From a virus (Duplodnaviria; Caudoviricetes): DNA of 24,018 bases. The notes below the pieces were generated by a model. That model was not told the DNA's origin and did not search any database. It was given only the letters and a program-made list of their open reading frames with translations. Every line of letters starts with the position of its first letter. Position 1 is the stretch's first letter. The stretch spans positions 1 through 24,018 of IMG/VR virus record IMGVR_UViG_3300031952_000138. One strand, 5' to 3'. Below are positions 9,377 to 18,152 of the stretch, one piece after another. The position numbers and the translations under genes were made by a program.

Positions 9377-10345
9377 TCAGTTGTGGGACAGCGTGCCGTC
9401 AACGTTGCGGATCAAATTTTTGACGCCCGGAGTGTCCTTGCTTCGGTAAAGCTCGTTGTTGTCCTGCCGTCGGTACACATAGTAGATGTAGCCGAACATC
9501 TCATGGGGTCCGCTGACCAGTGGGTCACCACGGCCCCACGCGCTGCCGCGCATCCGGTCGGGGAGCGCTTTGACGTACGCCTCGGTGTCCTTCTCGCTGC
9601 CGCCGACGGGCATGTTGGTCGGTGTTCCGGTTTTCCCAACAGCTGGCTTGTCCTCGGCCGGGTCATTATCGGGGTCGCCGTCGCCAATCTTTCCGCCAAC
9701 CTTGCGGCCCGAGACCATGCCGTCGTTGTTGTAGTCGGTGTCGCTGGCGTCTTCGAGGTCATCGAGGGCCGTTTGACGTTGGATGCCGGTGAACTTCGCC
9801 GCCTCGGCGGCCTGGTCGAACTCCTGCATGGTGAGCGCCTTCGTCCGCGCCTGTTGCCGGGCAAGGTCGCCCTCGGCCGCCGATGCAGCACCCGACAACC
9901 CGAGGCCACCGAGACCGGCGCGTGAGCGCTGGTCCATCGCGGCCTGGGCGTTGCGCGCGTCGATTTCCTGCGCCGCCGCTTGCCGTGCGCGCGCCAGCTC
10001 GTCCATGCCGTCGTCGCCCTTCGCGGCGAGCCCGGCTTCCATCTGCTTGTCTCGCGCGTCCTTGTCGCTGGCCTTCCCACTGGTGTACTGCACGCCCCCG
10101 CCCTGCCCCGCCGCCTCGGCCTGCGCGGCCTGGGCCTGCTCGTCGGCCCGCCGGCGCTCGTCCTCCCGCTTGTCGCTGCGAGTCCCGTCGATAGCTTTCG
10201 CTGGCTGCGTCGCACCCACCGGCCGCTCGGTGCTGGGCTTTGCGGGCATCCTCGATGCCGCCAGCCCGTCGAGGTCGTCGAAGGGACGCATCTGTGGGGG
10301 GAGCTTCGGTGGTTGTCGTCGAGTGTCAGGGCGAGGGATGGCCAT
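9377..10345 (-). CDS. Hypothetical virion-associated protein, possibly internal/ejected (322 aa)
   Basis: GGAG RBS. Ala/Gln-rich coiled coil with RAGLGGLGLSGAAS, acidic DYNNDG segment. Confidence 0.6.
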   Translation of the reverse strand: MAIPRPDTRRQPPKLPPQMRPFDDLDGLAASRMPAKPSTERPVGATQPAKAIDGTRSDKREDERRRADEQAQAAQAEAAGQGGGVQYTSGKASDKDARDKQMEAGLAAKGDDGMDELARARQAAAQEIDARNAQAAMDQRSRAGLGGLGLSGAASAAEGDLARQQARTKALTMQEFDQAAEAAKFTGIQRQTALDDLEDASDTDYNNDGMVSGRKVGGKIGDGDPDNDPAEDKPAVGKTGTPTNMPVGGSEKDTEAYVKALPDRMRGSAWGRGDPLVSGPHEMFGYIYYVYRRQDNNELYRSKDTPGVKNLIRNVDGTLSHN

Positions 10346-10387
10346 GTGATGCGCTCCGGTTGGTGATGATGGTCGACAAGGCGCCGT

Positions 10388-10762
10388 TCAGTGGACGTGC
10401 TGCGAGTTGACGCCCCACGAGGAAGCTGCGGCGCTCGCGACGATGTAGAGCTCCGTGGTTGAGTTCATGATGAACTCGTCGAACTGTCCGCCGAGCACAT
10501 GGCGTCCGCCGCTGGCGGAGAACGTCGCGTCAAACGTCGGGGCAGCTGCACCCCGGGGGACAATCTTGGTCGCCAGCACCACCCCCGCCGCGTTTGGGTT
10601 CACAACGCGCACCAAAACGTATGCGAGCAGGCCACCGTTGACGGTGACGTCGGGGAGCGTGACCTTGACCGGTGTCGTCCCGAGGACGGCGCTGCCGTCG
10701 GAAACGGCGCCTGCGTTGATGAAAATGCCGAACCCTGCGCGATTGACGAGAGACGTTGCCAT
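10388..10762 (-). CDS. Hypothetical structural protein (124 aa)
   Basis: AGGAG RBS, beta-rich, immediately downstream of the portal gene. Confidence 0.65.
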   Translation of the reverse strand: MATSLVNRAGFGIFINAGAVSDGSAVLGTTPVKVTLPDVTVNGGLLAYVLVRVVNPNAAGVVLATKIVPRGAAAPTFDATFSASGGRHVLGGQFDEFIMNSTTELYIVASAAASSWGVNSQHVH

Positions 10763-10770
10763 GGTTGCTC

Positions 10771-12540
10771 CTAGCCTTCAGGCTGCGTTGGTTGTTGGTC
10801 GGGCATCGTCGGCGACGTCTCGCCGGTGTCTGGTTCGCTGCCCTCAATCTGGTCGCTGATGATGTTTTCGAGCAGCACCAAGTCGACGAAATCCGACTTG
10901 CGGCCCTGCGCGATGGCCCGCGACTTCGCCCGGGCGATGCTTTCACGTAGCGCCGGGATGCTGTAATCGTTGACGTTGATGTCGACGTCACCCGCTGCGA
11001 GGTAGGTGCGCACCGCGAGGTCCGCCGCCTGCTTTGCCACCGCGTTCGGGGCAGACTTCTGCGCCGTCGCGATGTCTTGCGCCCCGCCGACGCCGGCCTG
11101 GGCATTCTCGACGGCTTTCCCGACACGGACGTCGGTGCGGCGCTCCAACTCGCTGGCCGATTCTAGTCTGATGTTTTTGCCTTGCACATCGGCGCCGGTG
11201 AAGGTGAACACGTCGGCCGCATCCATGCGCGTAATCTCTGCCACCCGAGGGGCAGGGTAGAAAAGCTGGATGATGGCAAGGCACAGGCGCCAAGCATCGA
11301 GCACCATGTCCTCGAGCGACTTCAACGCGTCGCTGTTCTTCTGCGCGTCCAGCTCGTAGTACGCCTCGATTGCTCGCCCGCTCAGCGTCGGGGCAGCGCC
11401 GCCGCTGGTCACCTCGTTGAGGCCGACGACGTCGAACATGAAAGCTTTTGCGTCGTCGCGCAGCTTGTACAGGTCGAGGCCCACCGCGCCCAGTTCGACA
11501 GCGAATATCTTCGACCGCGCGTCGTCCATCTTGGGGTCGTAGTCGATGGTATTGGTGCGCGTGATGTCGATGGAATCCGCAAGGGGCTTCGGCATCGCAA
11601 TCTGTGGGTTCGTCACCAGTCGCATCACCTTGATGGTGCGCGCGTGCGTCTCGTTCAGCAGCCGTTGAAGGTTGATGACGTCGGCAAGGGGAGTGATTCC
11701 GTAGGCGCTGTCTCGACGGAAGCGAATCTTCATCAGCGACAGGGGAAGCAACGACTCCTTGCGGTCGCCCTCGGTGTTGACGATGAGCGGGTACGCCTTG
11801 CGGACCACGATGACGGTGCCGATGATGACGGCGAAGACGCCCTCGGGGAACTTCCTCGAAGGCCGCACCCAGTACTCGTACCCGACGATTCCACAGACCG
11901 TCTCGCCGGCCGCGTTGACGTATTCGGTCTCCTCGGGGGGAAGGCCAGCAATCCCGCCAGCTTCCCACATCGCCGCGACTTCATCGGCACCGTAGTGATT
12001 CTCGAAAATGACCCACTTGGCGTCGTGCCAATCCTCTACGGGGTCGATCCAATAATCGTGGATGGTCAGACGAGCCCAACGAACCTCGCCGCGAACCTCG
12101 TCGGGCCACACCTTGACGCCGGCCGTGCCGTCCTGAAACGCATACTGCACGGCCTGGTGAATCTTGCTCGCCGTCTTCTGTTCCTGCGCGATGTAGTCAA
12201 TGACGCGGTTGGTGATTTCCGTATTGTAAATGTCCTCGGGGTCGTCGGGTGTCGACGCCGTCGCGAGGGCGCTGCGGCGGTCTTTGTTGAGCAACGACGA
12301 GAACGTCGTCATCAGCCCTTGGCAGACGTTGATATGCGAACGGGGCACGTTCTCGTCGTCGAACCATGCGTCTTTCATGACCTGTCGACGCTGCCCGCTG
12401 TAGACGCCCCATTGACGCCCGCCGACGAACATCTCGCACAGCTCGCCCAGCTGCCGATAGGGGAGCGCGATGCGTTCCCCTTGGCGCTTGTGCTTGTTGA
12501 AATCTTCGAGAATCGACGACGTCAGCGGGAGGTCGGCCAT
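10771..12540 (-). CDS. Portal protein (head-tail connector)
   Basis: 589 aa. Portal-like segments MFVGGRQW, HINVCQGLM, AFQDGTAGVKVW, YGITPLADVINLQRLLN and GLNEVTSGG..LSGRAI, plus an acidic tail. Confidence 0.85.
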   Translation of the reverse strand: MADLPLTSSILEDFNKHKRQGERIALPYRQLGELCEMFVGGRQWGVYSGQRRQVMKDAWFDDENVPRSHINVCQGLMTTFSSLLNKDRRSALATASTPDDPEDIYNTEITNRVIDYIAQEQKTASKIHQAVQYAFQDGTAGVKVWPDEVRGEVRWARLTIHDYWIDPVEDWHDAKWVIFENHYGADEVAAMWEAGGIAGLPPEETEYVNAAGETVCGIVGYEYWVRPSRKFPEGVFAVIIGTVIVVRKAYPLIVNTEGDRKESLLPLSLMKIRFRRDSAYGITPLADVINLQRLLNETHARTIKVMRLVTNPQIAMPKPLADSIDITRTNTIDYDPKMDDARSKIFAVELGAVGLDLYKLRDDAKAFMFDVVGLNEVTSGGAAPTLSGRAIEAYYELDAQKNSDALKSLEDMVLDAWRLCLAIIQLFYPAPRVAEITRMDAADVFTFTGADVQGKNIRLESASELERRTDVRVGKAVENAQAGVGGAQDIATAQKSAPNAVAKQAADLAVRTYLAAGDVDINVNDYSIPALRESIARAKSRAIAQGRKSDFVDLVLLENIISDQIEGSEPDTGETSPTMPDQQPTQPEG

Positions 12541-12541
12541 C

Positions 12542-12901
12542 TCAGTCCTCGCTCATCAGCGCGTTCAGCGCATCCTGTCGCAGCTTGTAGCGCGCGAGCT
12601 TCTTTTGCCGCTCCATCTCACCCTCGTCGAGGGTGTCATCGGCGCTTTGCAGCTCGTCTTCAGACAACGCATCGGCAGCCATGCCACCGAGGACGCCGCC
12701 GAGGGATGACCCAAGGCCGAGCGTTGCCGCACCGAGAGCAGGCCCGCCGAGAAATCCGAGAGCACCAAGACCAGCCCCGGCGAGGCTCCCGATGGTCCCG
12801 CCGATGGCTCGATTGCCGGCTCCACCTTCGGCCTGCACCTGCGCAGCACGTTTCTCGGCTGCCGTCAACACCAAATCCTCGGGGGTCAATCGTCGCGCCA
12901 T
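12542..12901 (-). CDS. Glycine-zipper protein, candidate DNA-ejection/pilot protein (119 aa)
   Basis: GGAGG RBS before ATG 12901. Repeated GxxxG (GGTIGSLAGAGLGALGFLGGPALGAATLGLGSSLGGVLGG) followed by a charged helix. Confidence 0.6.
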   Translation of the reverse strand: MARRLTPEDLVLTAAEKRAAQVQAEGGAGNRAIGGTIGSLAGAGLGALGFLGGPALGAATLGLGSSLGGVLGGMAADALSEDELQSADDTLDEGEMERQKKLARYKLRQDALNALMSED

Positions 12902-12958
12902 GTGGCCTCCTGATGCGGCATCGTTGCACATAACTGAGTACAGTGCTAGCTATGTAAC
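12902..12958. promoter_or_regulatory. Divergent late promoter region with nested inverted repeats
   Basis: AT-richer 57-bp gap between divergent operons. TTGCAC(12924-29)-17 bp-TAGCTA(12947-52) on +. Inverted repeats ACATAACT/AGCTATGT and ACTG-agta-CAGT. Confidence 0.55.
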
Positions 12959-13870
12959 ATGTCTACCACCTCTGCCGCATCGACGGCTGATTCGGGCGCA
13001 TCTTCGGTCTCGCCCACCGACACAGCGGACACCAGTGCCACTCAGGCCCCGGCGTCCACGCAGTCTCGCATGATGGCCCACATCGCCGCCAAGCGCGCCG
13101 CTGCAGCCACTGCAACCCCCCAGGCCCCGGGCTCACCCGCCGGCGAGCCTGCTTCATCGGGTGACTCACCGGTATCGTCACCGGGTAATGATGCCGCCGA
13201 CAGCCCCGAGGGTGTCGACGCACCAGACGAACGCAAACAGGCCGACGTTGTCCCCATGGCAGCGTTCAAGGCTCGCATCGGGAAACTCAGCGACAACGTG
13301 AAAGCAGCGCGAGAGGAATCGGCTCGTCTCGCTCACGAGAATCAGCGGTACAGCACAGCTGCGCAGCTCCTGCAGGAGGAAAACGAACGCCTCCGTCAGC
13401 AGCTGCGTGAAGGTGTGCAGTACGACGCTCGTGACGAGGAGCTTGCTGACGTCAGGTTGTCGCAGAGAGCGAAGGAGCGCGCCGACGCCCTCGCCCAAGA
13501 ACACGAAGCGAAACTGCGCGAGATGCAGCAGAACTTTGTGATGGAAGCCGAGCGCGAGCAAATCAAGGCGCGACTCTCGACGCAAATCGAGAGCGCGTTG
13601 GCCACGCATCGCCTTGCCAATCGCGCCGACGTCATCGCCGCCATGAAAGCGCGCCATGACCTCAGTGCCAGCGAGGCCGCGCGCTTGATTCATGAGCGGG
13701 AGGTCAAGCGGCTTGAGGCACTTGGCTACGCCCCTCGCCAGTCCGCCCCCGTCGCCAGCAACGCCCCCGTCGGGGCAAGGGCGCCCGGGGGAGCATCCGG
13801 CGGGACTGGTCGGTTTGCAAACAACGCCAGGGGAATGCTCGATTTCCTTGACGCTCGCCGTCAATCCTGA
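12959..13870 (+). CDS. Capsid scaffolding protein
   Basis: Disordered S/T/A/P-rich N-terminus, VVPMAAFKARI motif, long coiled coil, short C-terminal helix. Directly precedes the capsid gene. Confidence 0.75.
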   Translation: MSTTSAASTADSGASSVSPTDTADTSATQAPASTQSRMMAHIAAKRAAAATATPQAPGSPAGEPASSGDSPVSSPGNDAADSPEGVDAPDERKQADVVPMAAFKARIGKLSDNVKAAREESARLAHENQRYSTAAQLLQEENERLRQQLREGVQYDARDEELADVRLSQRAKERADALAQEHEAKLREMQQNFVMEAEREQIKARLSTQIESALATHRLANRADVIAAMKARHDLSASEAARLIHEREVKRLEALGYAPRQSAPVASNAPVGARAPGGASGGTGRFANNARGMLDFLDARRQS

Positions 13871-13901
13871 CGACGAGAAACCACTTCTCTGAGGTTCTCA
13901 A

Positions 13902-15236
13902 ATGGCTCTCGCAAACGTCACAATCAACAGCATCAGCGGCATCATTGCCGAGTTCGGCCCCGAGCGTTTCGTCAACACGATCAACAACATGTCCCCGCTC
14001 ATCGGCAGCGGTGTCCTTGAGAAGGTCGAACAGGACGGCGAGGAACTCACCGTCACCGCCGACGTCGGTGAGTCGCCCGCGACCACCTACGCCCTGGATT
14101 TCGACAATCGGCCCAACGGCCAAACCACCACCCCCGTCAAGGCCCGCTTTGTGCCCACCATGGTCACCACGCGCGTCTCGCTGGGCAAGCAGGCCGCGCT
14201 TGGCAAGCTCGCCGACAAGGATCTGACCAAACTGCTTGACGCCAAACTTGACGCCTCGGCAAAGAGCGTTGCTCGTCACATCGGCCGTGGTCTGTACGCC
14301 GGCGCCGTCGTCCCCCAGGCCGTCGCCACCTGGTCCGGCACCGCTGCCGATTCCACGGTAACCATCTCGTTCCTCGACGTGTCGTTGTTTATTCCCGGCG
14401 CGTCGTACAATTTCGTCGATACGTCGTTGACCTTCTCTTACACCGTCCGGTGCCAGAGCAAGGTCGCTGCCGTCGTCGGAGCAAATTCAGCGAACGTAGC
14501 CGGTACGGTCACGTTCATCAATGACGTCATCAACCCCGCAACCGGTGCTGTCGTGGCCCTCGGCGCCACCGCCGTTGCAACCGACGACATCCTCGCCCTG
14601 CGCGGAACTTTCCCCGGTTTCGGTGGCAGCGCCACCGCCATTGCGGGCAAGCGCCTGAACTCGTTCGACGACATCGCCGGCAGCGGCGCGACGTCGTCGT
14701 TCGGCGGCATTTCGCCCGCCAACCTGCCCGGCTGGGTCGGCCAGACCATCGCCCTGTCTGCCGCGTATTCGCACGAAGCTGCGCTGCAGTTCGATGCGCG
14801 TATCACGCAGTACTCGGGTGAGCAGTTCACCGATGCGCTGATGTCGCCACAGGTCGCCGCCGCGCACCGCATCCAGGCCGGTGCGATGGGTGCTGTTTTC
14901 GGTATGTCGATCCAGCCGACGGCGCAGCGCCCGCAGCCCCTTGGCGCGCGTGCTGACAAGTACGGCGACGTGCGCAGCTCGGGCCTCGACCTTGCCGGTC
15001 GTCCGGTGTTGATTGACCCGAACTGCCCGCAGACAATCGTGGTGTTCCACAACCGTGACCATGCGAAGCTCGGATGCTGGTCCGAGATGGCCCCCGAGGA
15101 GCTGACCGAGCTGGGTGGCGTGGTCGTCACCAACCGCACCACGCTGAGCATGGATGCCGACTTCACCGGCTCCTATCAGCTGTACTGCGCCAAGCGCGGC
15201 GCCATCGGCGTGATGACCGGCCTCACCGGTCTCTGA
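13902..15236 (+). CDS. Major capsid protein (HK97-fold with an inserted beta domain)
   Basis: 444 aa, follows the scaffold, GAGG RBS, terminator downstream. Spine-helix-like LTKLLDAKLDASAKSVARHIGRGLYAG; C-terminal GRPVLIDPNCP...YQLYCAKRGAIGVMTGL. Confidence 0.85.
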   Translation: MALANVTINSISGIIAEFGPERFVNTINNMSPLIGSGVLEKVEQDGEELTVTADVGESPATTYALDFDNRPNGQTTTPVKARFVPTMVTTRVSLGKQAALGKLADKDLTKLLDAKLDASAKSVARHIGRGLYAGAVVPQAVATWSGTAADSTVTISFLDVSLFIPGASYNFVDTSLTFSYTVRCQSKVAAVVGANSANVAGTVTFINDVINPATGAVVALGATAVATDDILALRGTFPGFGGSATAIAGKRLNSFDDIAGSGATSSFGGISPANLPGWVGQTIALSAAYSHEAALQFDARITQYSGEQFTDALMSPQVAAAHRIQAGAMGAVFGMSIQPTAQRPQPLGARADKYGDVRSSGLDLAGRPVLIDPNCPQTIVVFHNRDHAKLGCWSEMAPEELTELGGVVVTNRTTLSMDADFTGSYQLYCAKRGAIGVMTGLTGL

Positions 15237-15244
15237 GCAACCGC

Positions 15245-15280
15245 CCCGGCCCCGTTGACGACGACGGGGCCGGGTTCTCT
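15245..15280 (+). terminator. Intrinsic terminator/attenuator after the capsid gene
   Basis: Perfect 11-bp stem cccggccccgt (15245-55) / acggggccggg (15264-74), followed by ttctct. Confidence 0.75.
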
Positions 15281-15291
15281 AATGGAAAACC

Positions 15292-15573
15292 ATGAATCAG
15301 CCTACAACTTCCAATGGCGTGATCGTGCCTCTTTGGCTGGTCTCCATTGTCGGTGCCATCGCCGTCGCCAGCTCCCTCGTCATCGCGCAATCCATCACCA
15401 GCGTTCGTGACACGACGCTCGTGTTGAACGAAAAGGTGCAAGTCCTCGAAGCTGCGAGCGCCGAGCGGTCGCAGATTCTTACGCAGCTGGGCAGCATCTG
15501 CGCCAAACTCGACGCCCTGCGCGCCGACGTGAACCGCCTCGACGAGGCAAACACTCGCAACCGTCCACGCTGA
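15292..15573 (+). CDS. Single-TM plus coiled-coil protein (holin/hemolysin-like candidate)
   Basis: Hydrophobic VIVPLWLVSIVGAIAVASSLVIA followed by a heptad-rich tail. Confidence 0.55.
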   Translation: MNQPTTSNGVIVPLWLVSIVGAIAVASSLVIAQSITSVRDTTLVLNEKVQVLEAASAERSQILTQLGSICAKLDALRADVNRLDEANTRNRPR

Positions 15574-15583
15574 GAGGCCCACC

Positions 15584-15934
15584 ATGCCCGCCGCCGTCCT
15601 TGCCATGATTCCCGTCATCCTCGCCGCCCTGGTCACCGCCTGCGGATTGGCGCTCATCGCTGGCCCCCTGGTTATCCCGCTGTGGGCCGCACACATGGAC
15701 GAGGCCCGACGTCGACAAATCGTCGCCGCCGTCAAAGGCGCGAACGACGCCCTGGGGCCATTCATACGCGCGACACCCACCGACATCGACGACCGCATCC
15801 TCGACGTGAGTGATATGGTCGTTCGCGAGCTGGGCGCCATTGGGGTCAAAAACGCGGTGAAGGTCAAGGCCATCAGCAAGGCCGTCGTCACCAAGTCGGC
15901 CCCGTCGCTCACCGTCGTCGTCGAGGCCAAGTGA
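15584..15934 (+). CDS. Membrane protein (holin candidate, 116 aa)
   Basis: GAGG RBS, long N-terminal hydrophobic stretch, TPTDIDD motif, basic C-terminus. Confidence 0.55.
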   Translation: MPAAVLAMIPVILAALVTACGLALIAGPLVIPLWAAHMDEARRRQIVAAVKGANDALGPFIRATPTDIDDRILDVSDMVVRELGAIGVKNAVKVKAISKAVVTKSAPSLTVVVEAK

Positions 15935-16317
15935 TGGACCTCGCCGCCATGAACGAGGACCCCGACCTTCACCACACGCCGTTCGGCCGCGTGCTCGTCT
16001 CGCGTGCTCACGGTGGTGGGGTCCCGATGTGCTCGATTGAGCACGCCGCCAGCAGCATGCCGATTGTCGTTGGCCTCCTCCGCGACGGCGCCGGCGTCTT
16101 CGACGGATTGCATGGCAAACGCCAGTGGGAAGCATGGCACGTCCTCGACAAGGCCGAGCGTCATCGCATCCGCGAGGAGATGCAGCAGGAGCTTTCCCTT
16201 GAAGACCACCGCGCCGACTTTCGCCGCGAAATCAACAAGAGTCTCGCCCGCGTCGTCGATGGCCGTGACCTGCTCGCCGCTGCGATGGCCCTGCCAAAAC
16301 ACCGAGGCCGCCGATGA
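15931..16317 (+). CDS. Hypothetical protein (128 aa)
   Basis: Coupled at both ends (GTGA and ATGA overlaps). Confidence 0.65.
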   Translation: MMDLAAMNEDPDLHHTPFGRVLVSRAHGGGVPMCSIEHAASSMPIVVGLLRDGAGVFDGLHGKRQWEAWHVLDKAERHRIREEMQQELSLEDHRADFRREINKSLARVVDGRDLLAAAMALPKHRGRR

Positions 16318-16955
16318 CAGTCACACTCGCCCAGGCCATCGTTCGCGTTCGATTTCTTCTCGACGACAAGGACAACAACCCGCTGATTTCTGATGCCGAA
16401 ATCACGACGGCGTTGCAGGTCGCGCAGGAGGAGGTTTGGCAGAGCGTCGTCGACAGTGGCGCAAACATCTACTACCAGTCGGCCGACGTTTCGTCCTCGT
16501 CGGCCGGTGTTATCTCGCTCGCGTCCATCACCCCGTTGAAAATCGCGAACGTCGCCCTGGTCGTCGGCAATGGCGTCCTGCAGGTTCCGCCCTGCCGCGT
16601 GTTTGATGGGTTCGCAAACGTCACATCGGTACAGCCCTGCCGCGTGCAGTACGTCCCGCGCGCGGCGTTCCCGGCGCTGTCGTCGGACCCGTTCATCTGG
16701 TCGCAAGCGTCCATCTCGTTGACGACGCTGGACCAGCTCCTGTGCCACACCGCCGCGTCGATGTGCTGGGTCAAAACCGGCGAGCCCCCGTTGTCGTCGA
16801 TGGAGAAGCGCCGCGCCGAGCTGCAGGCTTCCTGCACTTCGACCATCAACCTGCCGGGCTGGTCGGCGACGCCGCTGACCCTCGGGGTCGTGCGCGACTC
16901 TGGCATTTTTTGGCGTCGTTCGGCCCATGACCAAATCCAACTTGTGAACGGGTGA
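16314..16955 (+). CDS. Head-tail adaptor / head completion protein (P22 gp4 / T7 gp11-like)
   Basis: N-terminal TLAQAIVRVRFLLDD...ISDAEITTALQVAQEEVW is the typical adaptor pattern. 213 aa. Confidence 0.7.
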   Translation: MTVTLAQAIVRVRFLLDDKDNNPLISDAEITTALQVAQEEVWQSVVDSGANIYYQSADVSSSSAGVISLASITPLKIANVALVVGNGVLQVPPCRVFDGFANVTSVQPCRVQYVPRAAFPALSSDPFIWSQASISLTTLDQLLCHTAASMCWVKTGEPPLSSMEKRRAELQASCTSTINLPGWSATPLTLGVVRDSGIFWRRSAHDQIQLVNG

Positions 16956-16958
16956 CTC

Positions 16959-18152
16959 ATGTCTCGCGCATCTCGAACCGCTGAAATCCTCGCCGCCGCT
17001 GGCCTCGTTCCCCTGCAACTCGAACAGGAGCGCATCCGCGCCGGCCGCGACGCTGCACGGTCGACGGCGCTTGCCTCGCTTCTGCCCGCCCTGATTGACA
17101 CTGGCGCCGGCATCGCAGGCAGGGTCGCCCAGGCCGACCTCGCCGAGCGCAAGTTCAACGCCGACGTCGAAGCCCGCAAGGCCCGCGACGCTGGGCTCGT
17201 CGAGTCTCGTAACGCCCGCACCGCCGCCGAGGCTGCCCGCACCGCTGCCGAGATGGCGAAGGTCAACGCGAAGGCCGAGGCCGACAGGTCGAAGGCCGCC
17301 GTGGAGGCCCGCTCAACAAACATCGCCGGCGCGGCATCGGACACCGAGAGCCTCATCTCTCGCCCTGGTGGTGTCTCGCAGGCAGAGCTCGAGCGTGTCG
17401 CCGTTGCCCGGGGTCTGCCGGCATCCGACTGGCGCACGGTCCTGATGGCCCGCGATACCGCCGTCGATGAGACCGCCGCTCTCGCCGCCAAGGCCCGACA
17501 GGGTGAGGCCGCCGCCAAGCTCGCCGAACGCAAGGCCGCGGCCCCGCTCGGTGGTGGTGCAAAGCAGCCGAGCCACGATGCTGCGATGCGGTCCGAGAAG
17601 CTGCGTCTCGAAGTCGCACGCCTGCGCAACGAGGCCGCCGGTGGACCCGGGTCTTCTCGCGACAACGCCGCTACAGCGGTTGGTGAGAAGCGACGTCAAC
17701 AAGTCCTCGAGGTGGAAAACTTCACCAGCAACATCGACCGCAACATCGACGCCATCAAGGAGCAAATCGACAAAACCGGCACCTTTGAACTCACCGGCCC
17801 CGAGGGGGCTGTCATGGACCGCCGCCTCACTGAAATCGCGACTGACCTCGCCAAGCTCGCCGACCCCGGCAGCGTCGCACGAAGCGATGAGGTCAAGTTG
17901 ATGAGGCAGGGCCTCGTTGATAGCGGATTCCTCGGTCTCGCTACTCGCAACGAGACCGCGAAGGCTGTCCTCGATGCGCTGAAGGGTGATGTCAAGCAGC
18001 GCCGATCCGCCGCGTACCTCTCGCGCGGGTTGGATTTACCCGACGGTGCAGCCCCCGCCGCCGCAGTGCCCGTCGCCACCAAGCCTGTCAGCGAAATGAC
18101 TGACGAAGAGTTCGCCGCATATGAAGCTGCAGTCAAAGCGAGGAAAAAATGA
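16959..18152 (+). CDS. Putative internal virion / DNA-ejection protein (397 aa)
   Basis: Ala-rich and helical, with KLADPGSVARSDE motif and C-terminal VSEMTDEEF, as in podoviral ejection proteins. Confidence 0.6.
   Translation: MSRASRTAEILAAAGLVPLQLEQERIRAGRDAARSTALASLLPALIDTGAGIAGRVAQADLAERKFNADVEARKARDAGLVESRNARTAAEAARTAAEMAKVNAKAEADRSKAAVEARSTNIAGAASDTESLISRPGGVSQAELERVAVARGLPASDWRTVLMARDTAVDETAALAAKARQGEAAAKLAERKAAAPLGGGAKQPSHDAAMRSEKLRLEVARLRNEAAGGPGSSRDNAATAVGEKRRQQVLEVENFTSNIDRNIDAIKEQIDKTGTFELTGPEGAVMDRRLTEIATDLAKLADPGSVARSDEVKLMRQGLVDSGFLGLATRNETAKAVLDALKGDVKQRRSAAYLSRGLDLPDGAAPAAAVPVATKPVSEMTDEEFAAYEAAVKARKK

Noticed and set aside
18141-18152. AGG AAA AAA TGA at the junction of the two ejection genes as a -1 frameshift fusion site
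   Set aside because: Not a full X XXY YYZ heptamer, no evident stimulatory structure, and an ordinary ATGA overlap explains it.
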